Shown here: positions 49,908 to 59,095 of the stretch, one piece after another
Position numbering within the stretch: the first letter of the stretch is position 1
How the letters are laid out: each line of letters opens with the position of its first letter
NCBI GenBank assembly: GCA_965116905.1
Contig: OZ220732.1
Location: forward strand, 1,248,001 to 1,312,000
Length of the DNA: 64,000 bases
Source of the DNA: Longimicrobiales bacterium
GTDB lineage: Bacteria; Gemmatimonadota; Gemmatimonadetes; Longimicrobiales; Gaopeijiaceae
Direction of reading: 5' to 3'
The notes under the pieces: model-generated
What the model was told of the DNA's origin: nothing
Databases searched by the model: none
What the model saw: the letters and a program-made list of their open reading frames with translations, nothing else
Translations under genes and position numbers: made by a program

Positions 49908-49910
49908 CTT

Positions 49911-49995
49911 GGAGGGATGGCTGAGCGGCTAAAAGCGGCGCCCTGCTAAGGCGTTGGTCCCAGTGACCACGTGGGTTCGAATCCCACTCCCTCCG
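49911..49995 (+). tRNA. tRNA-Ser (GCT)
   Basis: GCGCC-ctGCTaa-GGCGT; long variable arm; G73. Confidence 0.93.
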
Positions 49996-50122
49996 TGAAC
50001 GGCAGTGAACGGTGGGAGTGGGGTTCGAACTTGTTCGAGCCGGAGGCGGTCGCGCCGCCAGGCGCGAACGCCGGAGACGGCCGAGGACGGCGACAGCCGC
50101 CCACAGGCCCATCCCACTCCCT
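49996..50122 (+). repeat. tRNA-Ser-associated element, copy 1
   Basis: Antisense of the host tRNA 3' end (50009-50030), 80-bp core, 12-bp direct repeat of the tRNA (50111-50122). Confidence 0.85.
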
Positions 50123-50160
50123 TTCCAGGAGTGCGGCACACTCGCTCAGACGACCCCCCG

Positions 50161-50245
50161 GGAGGCGTAGTCCTAATTGGTAAGGCACCGCACTCGAAAT
50201 GCGGCGTGCGTCAAGCACTTGGGGGTTCGAGTCCCTCCGCCTCCG
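50161..50245 (+). tRNA. tRNA-Ser (CGA)
   Basis: CCGCA-ctCGAaa-TGCGG; long variable arm. Confidence 0.92.
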
Positions 50246-50263
50246 CTCAGGGAATCTTCAAAA

Positions 50264-50337
50264 CGGGGCGTGGCTCAGTCCGGTAGAGCGCTGCGTTCGG
50301 GTCGCAGAGGTCCCCGGTTCGAATCCGGGCGCCCCGA
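50264..50337 (+). tRNA. tRNA-Pro (CGG)
   Basis: CTGCG-ttCGGgt-CGCAG; C1:G72. Confidence 0.95.
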
Positions 50338-50348
50338 TTACCAACCGA

Positions 50349-50432
50349 GGACGGGTGGCCGAGTGGCTTAAGGCGCACGACTGGAAATCGTGTGGGCATC
50401 TGCCCGCGTGGGTTCGAATCCCACCCCGTCCG
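50349..50432 (+). tRNA. tRNA-Ser (GGA)
   Basis: CACGA-ctGGAaa-TCGTG; long variable arm. Confidence 0.95.
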
Positions 50433-50565
50433 TGAAGCGTCAGCGAACTGACGGGGTGGGGTTCGAACTTGTTCGAGCCGGAGGCGGCCGCGCCGCCAGG
50501 CGCGGGCGCCGGAGACTACCGAGGAGCGGCGGCAGCCGCCCGGAGGTTCATCCCACCCCGTCCGT
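50433..50565 (+). repeat. tRNA-Ser-associated element, copy 2
   Basis: Antisense of the host tRNA 3' end (50447-50468), 81-bp core, 16-bp direct repeat of the tRNA (50550-50565). Confidence 0.85.
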
Positions 50566-50576
50566 TGAGCTTCGAC

Positions 50577-51656
50577 ATGACCCCCCAAATCGTTCGCTTC
50601 GCTCCGTTGCTCCTGGGGAACTTGCTGGGTTGGAACAGTGGCGATCCACTAACCCGTCCCGTCATCCCCGGACCTGTTTCCGTAGAGCTCCAGCGTGACA
50701 CGTTGCTGTTGGAGATCGGGGTCATTGCGGGAGACCAGAACCAGGTTTTCGGCAACATCCGTGACGTCGACGTGGATGGGGATGGGAACATCCTGATTCT
50801 TGACGATCAGGACTTCAGTTTGTCCTGGTTTGGACCGGATGGGCGCTTTCGCGGCAGAACCGGACGTGACGGTGGCGGCCCCGGCGAGTTTCGAGCCCCC
50901 GCGGGTTTGGCCGTTAGTCCAGCGGGTCAGATTCACGTTTTGGATGCAGCCTCCCGAAAGGTCGTAGAGTTCGCACTGGGCGAGGAAGGCCTGGAGTTCG
51001 TTCGCAGCTTTCAGGCGCCAGTCCAAGGCAGCGACATGTGCCTTATCGACGGTCGCCTCGTTGTGCTGGGCCAGGCGTCGGATGGCGCACCCAAGGTCTA
51101 CATCCTGTCAGAGGAGGGCGAGGTGATTCGGTCGTTTGGACCAGGCTTTCCGCGCCAGCTACCTCCTCGTGGCCTGGAGAGATTCACAGCTTTTTTTGCC
51201 TCCAGTAATGGACGGGGCTATGTCCACTGCGCAGGAGGGGATGTCCTCGCGGTTGCCAGCGAGCGCCTGGGGATCGTGCGCTGGTTTTCTACACAGGGCG
51301 ACTTCATTCGTGAGGTAACGATCAACGGATTCAGCCCCGTCACGTGGACGCCAAGTCCCGGCGGTGGCCTGTCCATGGGAGTCGACCCGGCAACTGGCGT
51401 TGCCAACACGCTCTCGCACTTGTCAGGTGGAGGACCTGGACAGATCGTCGCCACGATACACACAGCATCAATGGAGGATATGGAGGGGCGTCTCGATATC
51501 TACGTACTCGACCTGGAGGCGGGCGAACAGTCGTCTCCGATCCCATCGGAGGCAGTTGCTTCAGCATTTGCGCACCACCGGCTCTACAGTCTCGTTCGCG
51601 ATCCCTATCCCAAGGTCCTGGTTCAGACAATTCCACAATGGTTGCGGCGACATTGA
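50577..51656 (+). CDS. 6-bladed beta-propeller (NHL-like) exported protein
   Basis: FGNIRDVDVDGDGNILILD, GRDGGGPGEF. Confidence 0.75.
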   Translation: MTPQIVRFAPLLLGNLLGWNSGDPLTRPVIPGPVSVELQRDTLLLEIGVIAGDQNQVFGNIRDVDVDGDGNILILDDQDFSLSWFGPDGRFRGRTGRDGGGPGEFRAPAGLAVSPAGQIHVLDAASRKVVEFALGEEGLEFVRSFQAPVQGSDMCLIDGRLVVLGQASDGAPKVYILSEEGEVIRSFGPGFPRQLPPRGLERFTAFFASSNGRGYVHCAGGDVLAVASERLGIVRWFSTQGDFIREVTINGFSPVTWTPSPGGGLSMGVDPATGVANTLSHLSGGGPGQIVATIHTASMEDMEGRLDIYVLDLEAGEQSSPIPSEAVASAFAHHRLYSLVRDPYPKVLVQTIPQWLRRH

Positions 51657-51717
51657 CACGTAGCGTGAGTCAGACCAGGCTGCCTTGGCTCGCCCTGGAG
51701 CGTGCAATACGACCGAA

Positions 51718-52836
51718 TCAACGTGAGGCGAAACTCAGGCCGGAGACGTCGTACCAGTCGATCCCACGCCGCGGGACGCCGCTCGGGTCGTCATCCGTCA
51801 ACGGACGGTCTACAAGTACGACCAGGCTGGAGCCACGCCGATCGAACGCAACCATGCTGTGGCGTACACGCACAGTACCCGCATAGGCCTGTGCCTCATA
51901 GACATCGATGTAGGAGAATGCATCCCGGTCCCGGGTAGTCGCCACCCAAAAGCGCCCGTGGTCGTCAACTGTGTGCCCGGACATTCTGGACCACGGCACG
52001 ACCGTGTTTCGGAACTCGGCCAAATCGGCTCTCGAAGGCTCCACGGCCCCGCCGGTCATGGCCTTTACCCCCTGAACGTACGTGGCCACATCGCGCTCGC
52101 CGGGGTAGTTCTCGGTGTAGGTGGGTGAGTCAACGACCGCCGAAGGGAGCCTGTCGTCCCGGTTCGCAAACCACACGGTCTTTTGTCCCTGGCAGGTGAC
52201 GAAGACCAACCCTCCGCCGGGAATCGGATGGCCAATTCCGAGGGTCGTGGCGTCGGGTGTCACCCCGTCGCTGCATTGGACTAGTTCCGGCGAAAAAAAG
52301 CGCTCCCAGACGAATCGCCCACTGGCGATTTCCACTTCGACCTGATGGCGCCTGCCAGTCTGCCGGTTGTAATGGGCACCCGCCACGGCCGATGATAGTG
52401 GCGTGACCGGGATGAGGTCGGGGATCGGTGACGAGGACACCACGGTAGTAGGCCTGGTGCTCGAGGTCTGGAAGACCGTCACACGATTCAATCGGAGGTC
52501 GAACGCCGCAAGCGTTCCTCCGGGACCGGGTCCCAGTAGGAGAGACCCCCGAAACTCTCCAGGACCCTCCCCTCGTCGTCCAAACCTCCAAAGCCTGTCC
52601 TGTGGGTTGGTACAGTAGACTTGGACGTTGTAGCCATCGACCACACAGGCAACGGAGTCGCTGGCTAGCGCGATTCCCCGCGACGGGCTATAGGGAGCCC
52701 GGGATTCGGCAAACGGCTCCGGAGATAGCACGAACTCCTGCGCCGATCGAGCATTCGGCCCGGCGCAGGAGGCTGTGCCGATGAACAGAACCACCGCTGT
52801 GACGCACGGCACGAGCCTTTGCCACATGAGCGCCAC
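51718..52836 (-). CDS. 6-bladed beta-propeller lipoprotein
   Basis: Lipobox TASC, FGRRGEGPGEF, DDHGRFWVAT. Confidence 0.75.
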   Translation of the reverse strand: MALMWQRLVPCVTAVVLFIGTASCAGPNARSAQEFVLSPEPFAESRAPYSPSRGIALASDSVACVVDGYNVQVYCTNPQDRLWRFGRRGEGPGEFRGSLLLGPGPGGTLAAFDLRLNRVTVFQTSSTRPTTVVSSSPIPDLIPVTPLSSAVAGAHYNRQTGRRHQVEVEIASGRFVWERFFSPELVQCSDGVTPDATTLGIGHPIPGGGLVFVTCQGQKTVWFANRDDRLPSAVVDSPTYTENYPGERDVATYVQGVKAMTGGAVEPSRADLAEFRNTVVPWSRMSGHTVDDHGRFWVATTRDRDAFSYIDVYEAQAYAGTVRVRHSMVAFDRRGSSLVVLVDRPLTDDDPSGVPRRGIDWYDVSGLSFASR

Positions 52837-54137
52837 TACCCCCCGCCCACTCGCCTCACCACCACCGTCTGCATCCCCAGCTCATCCGTCTCCAGCATCG
52901 CCATCAGTCCCCCCGGACCAAGGGCCATCGGCATGGGCGTTCCCGGGGGATAGCTGCCCAGGTAGCGGCCGTCAGGGGTCAGTACATCGATCGGACCGTC
53001 GCTGAAGACGTCCTCGCCACGCCGCTGCACCCAGATCCGTCCGTCCCACGTGGTGCGCAGATCCAGGACCACCGGGACCTCGTCGGCCACCGGGACCGCT
53101 TCGAGCTGGGCCAGGGTCGACAACCGGACCCCTTCGCGCATCCTCTCGTCCATGTCCAGCGATCCCACCATGATCTCGCCCGTAGTGGCGTTCTGGATTA
53201 TGCGATTCCCCTGCCCCCTGGCCTCGAATCCCGCGATCGCCTCTTCGACCCGCCGTTCGAACTCGGCCTCCACGATCCGGTCGGTCACGGGGACGGGGTG
53301 AAGGGGGCGCGAGAGGATGCGGACGAGGGTGCCATCCGCGTCGAGGATCTTGATCGCGTACGCCGACGAGTCCGAAAACGCCAGGCCCCCTTCCGGGAGG
53401 GTGCCGACGATCAGGGGTGGACCGAAGGTGCGCGGCGGCGGCGTGACACCACCCATCGGGATTTCGCGCCCGGCGATACGGAGCGTGAGTTCGCCGACGG
53501 GCGGCAGGCTCCAGGCCTGGAAAACCGTCTCGAGGGCCACTTCGTCGCCATCCAGGGCAGCGCGCAGGATACGGCGCTTTCCGGGAGGGTCCCTTTCGTC
53601 CTCGGGGATCATCTCCTCGATCCGTGCCAGCCCGACTCCCGTGAGGACAACGCCATCGCGACCACCGTGGATGCGGTCCGCGACCGCCAGCAGGTCATTC
53701 CCCACCCGCACGCCCCGGTCGAAGCTGCCGTCGCTGTTGTAGATCTGGAACGCGCGGTGCCGCGGGACATCGCCCACAACGATGCGCCCGTCCTCCATGA
53801 CCGCCAGCCACCTGGGGAAATCGAACTCGCCGGGACCGTCGCCGGAGCGTCCGATCGTCCGCACTAAGCTGCCCTCGCGGTCAACGACCACCACCGTCGA
53901 TGCGTCGGAGTCCAGCAGGTACAGGTTGCCGGCGCGATCGAAGTCGGCATCCTGGATCCTTCCGAACTGCTCCCAGGGCTCACCGCCCATGCCGCCTGCC
54001 CGGAACACCTCCTCGAAACCGGGGTCCAGCCGGCGGTCCTCGGCGGGCAGCTCGATCAGCTCCTGGGCGGCGACAGTGGGGACGCTCGCGAGACCTGTAA
54101 GGCACAACGCGGCACCGGTGATCAGCGACCTGTTCAT
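52836..54137 (-). CDS. 6-bladed beta-propeller exported protein
   Basis: Signal peptide [32 protein letters not shown]. Confidence 0.8.
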   Translation of the reverse strand: MNRSLITGAALCLTGLASVPTVAAQELIELPAEDRRLDPGFEEVFRAGGMGGEPWEQFGRIQDADFDRAGNLYLLDSDASTVVVVDREGSLVRTIGRSGDGPGEFDFPRWLAVMEDGRIVVGDVPRHRAFQIYNSDGSFDRGVRVGNDLLAVADRIHGGRDGVVLTGVGLARIEEMIPEDERDPPGKRRILRAALDGDEVALETVFQAWSLPPVGELTLRIAGREIPMGGVTPPPRTFGPPLIVGTLPEGGLAFSDSSAYAIKILDADGTLVRILSRPLHPVPVTDRIVEAEFERRVEEAIAGFEARGQGNRIIQNATTGEIMVGSLDMDERMREGVRLSTLAQLEAVPVADEVPVVLDLRTTWDGRIWVQRRGEDVFSDGPIDVLTPDGRYLGSYPPGTPMPMALGPGGLMAMLETDELGMQTVVVRRVGGG

Positions 54138-54307
54138 TCGTTCCTCCCGTTCATGCCCATTGCGACTCCGGTCGATGCTCTCGGCGTTGTCTCGCTCCCG
54201 CCCCCGCGGAAACTGCCCGATTCGAGTTGACGTAAGGGTATGGAGAGCGTGGTGTATACCGCCATTGTCACCTGCTGCCGGTCTTGCTTGTTGAGACGGA
54301 GTCCCGC

Positions 54308-55498
54308 ATGCGCCAATCCTCGTTCCGGTGGGCGCTGCCGCTCACGATGCCTTTTCTCGCCGCCGCTTGTGCCGGGGACGACGCACCCACCGCCGACTAT
54401 GTCATCAACCACGATGGCGTCATCCCTGTCATCAACCACGACCCTCCTCCCGCGGCTCGGCTCGACCTGGTGGTTTCGATCGGACCGAAGACCCTGACGG
54501 ACACGGGATCACCAGACGAGTTCGGCCGCGTGAGCAGCGTTGCGCTGGGGCCGAACGAGGTGGTCTTCGTAGCCGATGACCTTAACCATGAGGTGAAAGT
54601 GTTCGGGCTCGACGGTGCCCACCTCCGGACCTTCGGCCGGGAAGGCGAGGGACCGGGAGAGTTCCAGACCCTCAATTCCCTGGTTTGGTCGGGCGACCGG
54701 GTACTGACCTTCGACCCCGACCAGGGTCGCATCGGCGAGTGGTCGCTGGAGGGCGAGTGGTTGGGGCAGCGGAGGACGCGGGCCGGCGTCACTGGCCCAC
54801 CCGACCTGGTCCGTCTGTACTCTGTCGGCCCGGACGAAGTGTTCCGGGATGCAGTGAGTGATCAGCGTTATGAGCGGCACTTGATCGGCCTGAGCAGCCG
54901 CGGCGATACGGGCGACACGCTGGCATGGCTGCGTGCGCCGCCGAGCGGCCGTCAGGCCTACATCGAGTGCGAATACGAGGATCGAATCGGCTTCTTCGAG
55001 GTCCCATTCGCCACGCGATTCCTGCAGCATCCGGGGCCGGGCGGCGTGCGGTACTCGGCACTCAGTAGCGCCTACCGGATCTTCGTCACGCGGAGCGACG
55101 GCGCGGAGGTTCTCATGGTGATCGAGCGCCCGCTGCCGGCCGAATCGTTCAGTACCGCCGAGTGGCGGGCGGCGAACGCCGAGTACTACGAGTGGCGCGA
55201 GACCCGCAGCGACGCGTCGTGCGACCCGCGGGAACCGCCGCGGCCGGATGCGAGACCGTTCATCGAGGACCTCTTCGTCGCTCCGGACGGCAAGCTGTGG
55301 GTCGAAGCCGTGCGGGCGGCGGGCAACCGCTGGGAAGTGTTCGACACCGAGGGCAGGTTGATTGCCAGCGTCCCGGCTCCCCCGCGCCGCACCGAACACG
55401 TCGTTCCCGCGTTCGGTCCAGACCATCTGCTCACGATCCGCCGGGATAGCCTCGACCTCGATCATGTCGATGTCTGGCGCCTGGAACGGGGGAGTTGA
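54308..55498 (+). CDS. 6-bladed beta-propeller lipoprotein
   Basis: Lipobox [24 protein letters not shown]. Confidence 0.8.
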   Translation: MRQSSFRWALPLTMPFLAAACAGDDAPTADYVINHDGVIPVINHDPPPAARLDLVVSIGPKTLTDTGSPDEFGRVSSVALGPNEVVFVADDLNHEVKVFGLDGAHLRTFGREGEGPGEFQTLNSLVWSGDRVLTFDPDQGRIGEWSLEGEWLGQRRTRAGVTGPPDLVRLYSVGPDEVFRDAVSDQRYERHLIGLSSRGDTGDTLAWLRAPPSGRQAYIECEYEDRIGFFEVPFATRFLQHPGPGGVRYSALSSAYRIFVTRSDGAEVLMVIERPLPAESFSTAEWRAANAEYYEWRETRSDASCDPREPPRPDARPFIEDLFVAPDGKLWVEAVRAAGNRWEVFDTEGRLIASVPAPPRRTEHVVPAFGPDHLLTIRRDSLDLDHVDVWRLERGS

Positions 55499-55519
55499 GG
55501 ACGGTGGCCCGAAATCCCT

Positions 55520-56173
55520 TCAGCCCAGCCCTTCCAGCACCGGCAGCAACTCCGTCGGCTCCGGCCTGCGCGTGTAGTCCGGATCGGCTTCGGCATAGGC
55601 GACGACCCCGTTGCGGTCCACGACATACGTCGCCGGGACCGCGAGCTCCCACGAGGGATCCCCGTTGAAGCGACTCAGGTCGATTCGCAGTTCGTTGCGG
55701 TAGACATCCCGCAGGCGTTCGGGGAAAACGAACGTCAGCCCGTAGGATCGGGCCACCCCGTTGCCGGGGTCGGTGAGCACGTCGAACTCGATGCCGTCCT
55801 TTCTAGCCCATGAGGAGGCAAAGTCGTGGAGCTGCGGCGATAGGGTGACCAGGGTGGCTCCACGGGCGCGGATCTCCGGGTACAGGGACTGAAGAGCAGC
55901 CTGCTCAGCGCGGCAGTACGGTCACCACCGCCCGCGAAAGAAGGAGAGGATTACCGGGCCTTTCCCGAGCAGCCGGGCGAGATGCACCGTCCTGTGTTCG
56001 AGATTGGGGCGCGCGAACGGCGGCGCACGGTCCCCGGCCTTCACGATGCCGTCCATGATGCCGGATGCGGCGAGGTCGGCCGTGCAGCTCCGAAGCACGG
56101 CGGTCACCGCGGGATCCCGCTTGGCGGCGCCTGTGTCGCGGATTCGGTCGAGGGTGTCGGCGAGCGTGGGCAT
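55520..56173 (-). CDS. Peroxiredoxin-like (AhpC/TSA) selenoprotein (TGA at 55924-55922 read as Sec)
   Basis: GDRAPPF..GPVILSFFRGRW-U-PYC..; the frame continues to LTDPGN.VARSYGL..WELAVPATYVVD..DPDYTRRPEP. Confidence 0.9.
55889..55908 (-). promoter_or_regulatory. Putative bacterial SECIS element
   Basis: CUGAGCA-GGC-UGCUCUUCAG hairpin with a G-containing loop 21-23 nt after the UGA. Confidence 0.55.
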
Positions 56174-56339
56174 GCAGACGCATCCGGGGACGAGTGTGGG
56201 CGTGTCTGTGAAGTGACCGTAGCCAAACCTTCCGCGCACGAATCTCGTCAGGCAAGGGCAAGGCACCTGCCGGCGCAGGTATCTGCTGGAAGGCGAGCAT
56301 ACTTCCATCTCCCAGGGAATGTGGCGAAAGGAACGAAGC

Positions 56340-57122
56340 ATGACGAGACGGACGAAGCGAGCGGCGACGGCAGTCGCCCTGGTGGGTGCAGCGGCGATAC
56401 CGGCAGGACTGGCGGCTCAGAGCCGCTGTGAGCTCCGCGACGAGATCGACCTCAGCGGGCCGGCTGTGGGCACGCTGGATATCGACGCCGGGGCCGGAAG
56501 GCTTCATGTCACGGGCGGCGGCGACAGCGGTGAGATCCGCGTGATGGCGGTCCTGTGTGCCTCCGATCGCGCCCGTATGGAGGGTTTGAGCGTGTCGCTC
56601 GACGGTGACAATATTCGGACCGACTATCCGGGCCGTATCGGCGGATGGGGCAACAACTACGCGCGCATCGATCTGACGGTTGAAGTGCCCGCCGGTACGG
56701 GGATCCGGGTGGTGGACAGCTCGGGCAGCCTGGAGATCGTCGGAGTGGGCGACGTGGAGGTGCGCGACGGCTCGGGGAGCATGTCGCTCCGCGAGGTCGG
56801 GTCGGTGTACGTCGAGGACGGGTCCGGCGGCCTCAGGATAGCGGACGTGACCGGCGACGTGGACCTGGAGGATGGCTCGGGGAGCATGGAGATCCGTGGC
56901 GTCAGCGGGAACGTGACCATATCGGACGGCTCGGGGAGCATCCGGGTGGAAGGCGTCGGCGGCACGGTGCGCATCGACGAGGTCGGATCCGGGGGAGTGT
57001 CGGTACGGGATGTGGATGGGGACCTGGTGGTGACCGATGGCCGCCGCGAGCGCATCCGATACTCCGACATCCGCGGAACTCTCGACCTGCCGCCGGCGCG
57101 CCGTAGGGGGCGCGGCAGCTGA
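56340..57122 (+). CDS. DUF4097 beta-strand-repeat (adhesin-like) exported protein
   Basis: Signal peptide, DAGAG.L.V.G, repeated D-G/S-S-G-S motifs. Confidence 0.8.
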   Translation: MTRRTKRAATAVALVGAAAIPAGLAAQSRCELRDEIDLSGPAVGTLDIDAGAGRLHVTGGGDSGEIRVMAVLCASDRARMEGLSVSLDGDNIRTDYPGRIGGWGNNYARIDLTVEVPAGTGIRVVDSSGSLEIVGVGDVEVRDGSGSMSLREVGSVYVEDGSGGLRIADVTGDVDLEDGSGSMEIRGVSGNVTISDGSGSIRVEGVGGTVRIDEVGSGGVSVRDVDGDLVVTDGRRERIRYSDIRGTLDLPPARRRGRGS

Positions 57123-57208
57123 AGGCGGCGCCGCTGGGCGCCACGACGAGCGCGGGTTACGGGGTGCCGCTACGTTTGTACCCGTGATTCCGTCCGTTCG
57201 ACACTGAA

Positions 57209-57712
57209 ATGGTGCTTGCCCCGGTGACAAACCGCGTCAAATGGCCTCGACCTCGGCGGGCGGCCCTTGCCCTGGCCCTGTCCGTCGCCACGCTAACGGG
57301 AGCGCTGGCCCTGCCCGCCCCGGCGGAGGGGCAGATTGCGCAGATCCTGCAGGCCGTGAACAGCGGTGGCAGCTGGATCCAGCTTCCCGTGGAGGGCGGG
57401 CGTGCTTCGTACCGCAGTCCGGCATTCCCGCTCGCGGGGATGGCCTTCGACGGCTGTGTGAAAATCTGGGAGCGCCATTCGGGTTCCTGGACGATCACCG
57501 CCAGGGACGCCATGGGCGACGCGCGGCTCGATGTCACGACCGCTCCCGGCGAACCGGTGAGGTTCGACTACAAGGCCGGCTTTCAGGCCCAATTGGAAGT
57601 CGACATCGAATGGAGCGAACCGCGGGACACGACGCTCTTCGTCTGGGTCGGGGTGTCGGCGTCGATGACCCAGGACACCGGACGGGACCTATGCCAGCCT
57701 CCACCCGGCTGA
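57209..57712 (+). CDS. Hypothetical exported protein
   Basis: Signal peptide and typical codon bias; no recognised domain. Confidence 0.6.
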   Translation: MVLAPVTNRVKWPRPRRAALALALSVATLTGALALPAPAEGQIAQILQAVNSGGSWIQLPVEGGRASYRSPAFPLAGMAFDGCVKIWERHSGSWTITARDAMGDARLDVTTAPGEPVRFDYKAGFQAQLEVDIEWSEPRDTTLFVWVGVSASMTQDTGRDLCQPPPG

Positions 57713-59079
57713 CGGCGGCCGGACCTCTTGCCGTGGGCACCCGCGCCCGCCCGCAACGCTGGGCAGCCGCCTTGGCCGCAATGGCCCTTATCGGGTGCTG
57801 CGTGCTGGGGGCACGCTCCGTGGCCGCGCAGGATCTGGCGCTCGCCAACGCCGTCGTTCTCAACCCGGCGGATGAGACGGTCGACCACGGCGTGCTGCTC
57901 ATCCAGGACGGCATCGTAGGCGGAGTCCTCGCGGCGGTGCCCCCGGACTTCGGGGGCCGGGTGCTCGACCTCGAGGGCCGCTTCGTCATGCCCGCACTGG
58001 CCGACCTGCACACGCACTCCTTCGGCAACATGTCCCCAAGGGGGATGCCGCAACTGCTTGGACCGCAGGGCACCGCCAACGCCGCGCTCTTCACGGGCGT
58101 CGCCTTCGTCCTCGACCTTTTCAGCCCGGAGCAGATGATCTTCGAGTATCGCAACCGGCGCCGCGACGAGGGAGGGCAGGGTGCGGAGGTGTTCGCGGCC
58201 GGCCCGTGCCTGACGGCGACCAACGGTCACTGCTCGGAGTACGGAGTCCCCACGCGTATTGTCGACACGCCCGAAGACGCGCGGCGGGAGGTCACCGACC
58301 TGGCCCGGTCGGCGCCCGATGTGGTCAAGATCGTCTATGACCACCAGACCTACGGCGGCCGCAGCATGCCCACGGTCGACCTCCCCACGCTGACCGCAGT
58401 CCTGGAGACGGCACGCCAACACGGTTTCAGGACGGTGGTCCATGTGGGGACCTGGGACGATCTGCGCGAGGCGGCGCTGGCCGGTGCGGACGCGGTGACG
58501 CACACGCCCGGTCCGGATGCCGTACCCGCCGGCCTCGCCGAACTGTTGGCTGCGCAGGGTACCTACCACATCCCCACGCTCGCGGTGCAAGGCGACTTCG
58601 CGCGCATGGCGGACGACCCCGGTCTTCTCGACGATGCCCTCCTGACCGAAGCGGTGCCGGCCGCCCTGCGCGATGCCTACAGGGTCGGAGACGGCTGGGA
58701 TCCTCGAATCGAGGGATTCCTGACGTGGCAACGCACGCTGATGGAGTCGAATCAGGTGGCGGTCCGGACGCTGGCCGAGGCGGGCGTGCCCATGCTTACC
58801 GGCACCGACGGCGGCAACATGGGCGTCTTCCAGGGATACTCGGTGCACCGTGAACTCGAGCTTCTCGTCGAGGCGGGACTCTCCGAATGGTCGGCTCTGC
58901 GGAGTGCGACGACCAACGCCGCCGGCTTCCTCGGCAGACGCTGGGGCGTGGCGCCGGGCGACGAGGCGGCGCTGCTGATCCTCGACGCCTCGCCCATCGA
59001 GTCGATCGGCAACACCAGGCGGGTGCACGCCGTGATCCAGGGCGGTATTGTGGTGGACAGGGAGTCACTGCTGAACTGA
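57691..59079 (+). CDS. Exported amidohydrolase family protein
   Basis: MPALADLHTH, DVVKI, GTDGGN, ELELLVEAGLS..ALRSAT; start uncertain (57691 or 57781). Confidence 0.85.
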   Translation: MPASTRLTAAGPLAVGTRARPQRWAAALAAMALIGCCVLGARSVAAQDLALANAVVLNPADETVDHGVLLIQDGIVGGVLAAVPPDFGGRVLDLEGRFVMPALADLHTHSFGNMSPRGMPQLLGPQGTANAALFTGVAFVLDLFSPEQMIFEYRNRRRDEGGQGAEVFAAGPCLTATNGHCSEYGVPTRIVDTPEDARREVTDLARSAPDVVKIVYDHQTYGGRSMPTVDLPTLTAVLETARQHGFRTVVHVGTWDDLREAALAGADAVTHTPGPDAVPAGLAELLAAQGTYHIPTLAVQGDFARMADDPGLLDDALLTEAVPAALRDAYRVGDGWDPRIEGFLTWQRTLMESNQVAVRTLAEAGVPMLTGTDGGNMGVFQGYSVHRELELLVEAGLSEWSALRSATTNAAGFLGRRWGVAPGDEAALLILDASPIESIGNTRRVHAVIQGGIVVDRESLLN

Positions 59080-59095
59080 GCCGGAGGTCACGCGC

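Noticed and set aside
49911..50432. One of the long-arm tRNAs being tRNA-Sec
   Set aside because: Anticodons are GCT, CGA and GGA with normal 7-bp acceptor stems; there is no TCA anticodon.
49996..50565. CRISPR array or classical prophage attL/attR at tRNA-Ser
   Set aside because: Only two copies, a constant rather than variable core, no cas or integrase gene, and the direct repeats enclose only ~115 bp.
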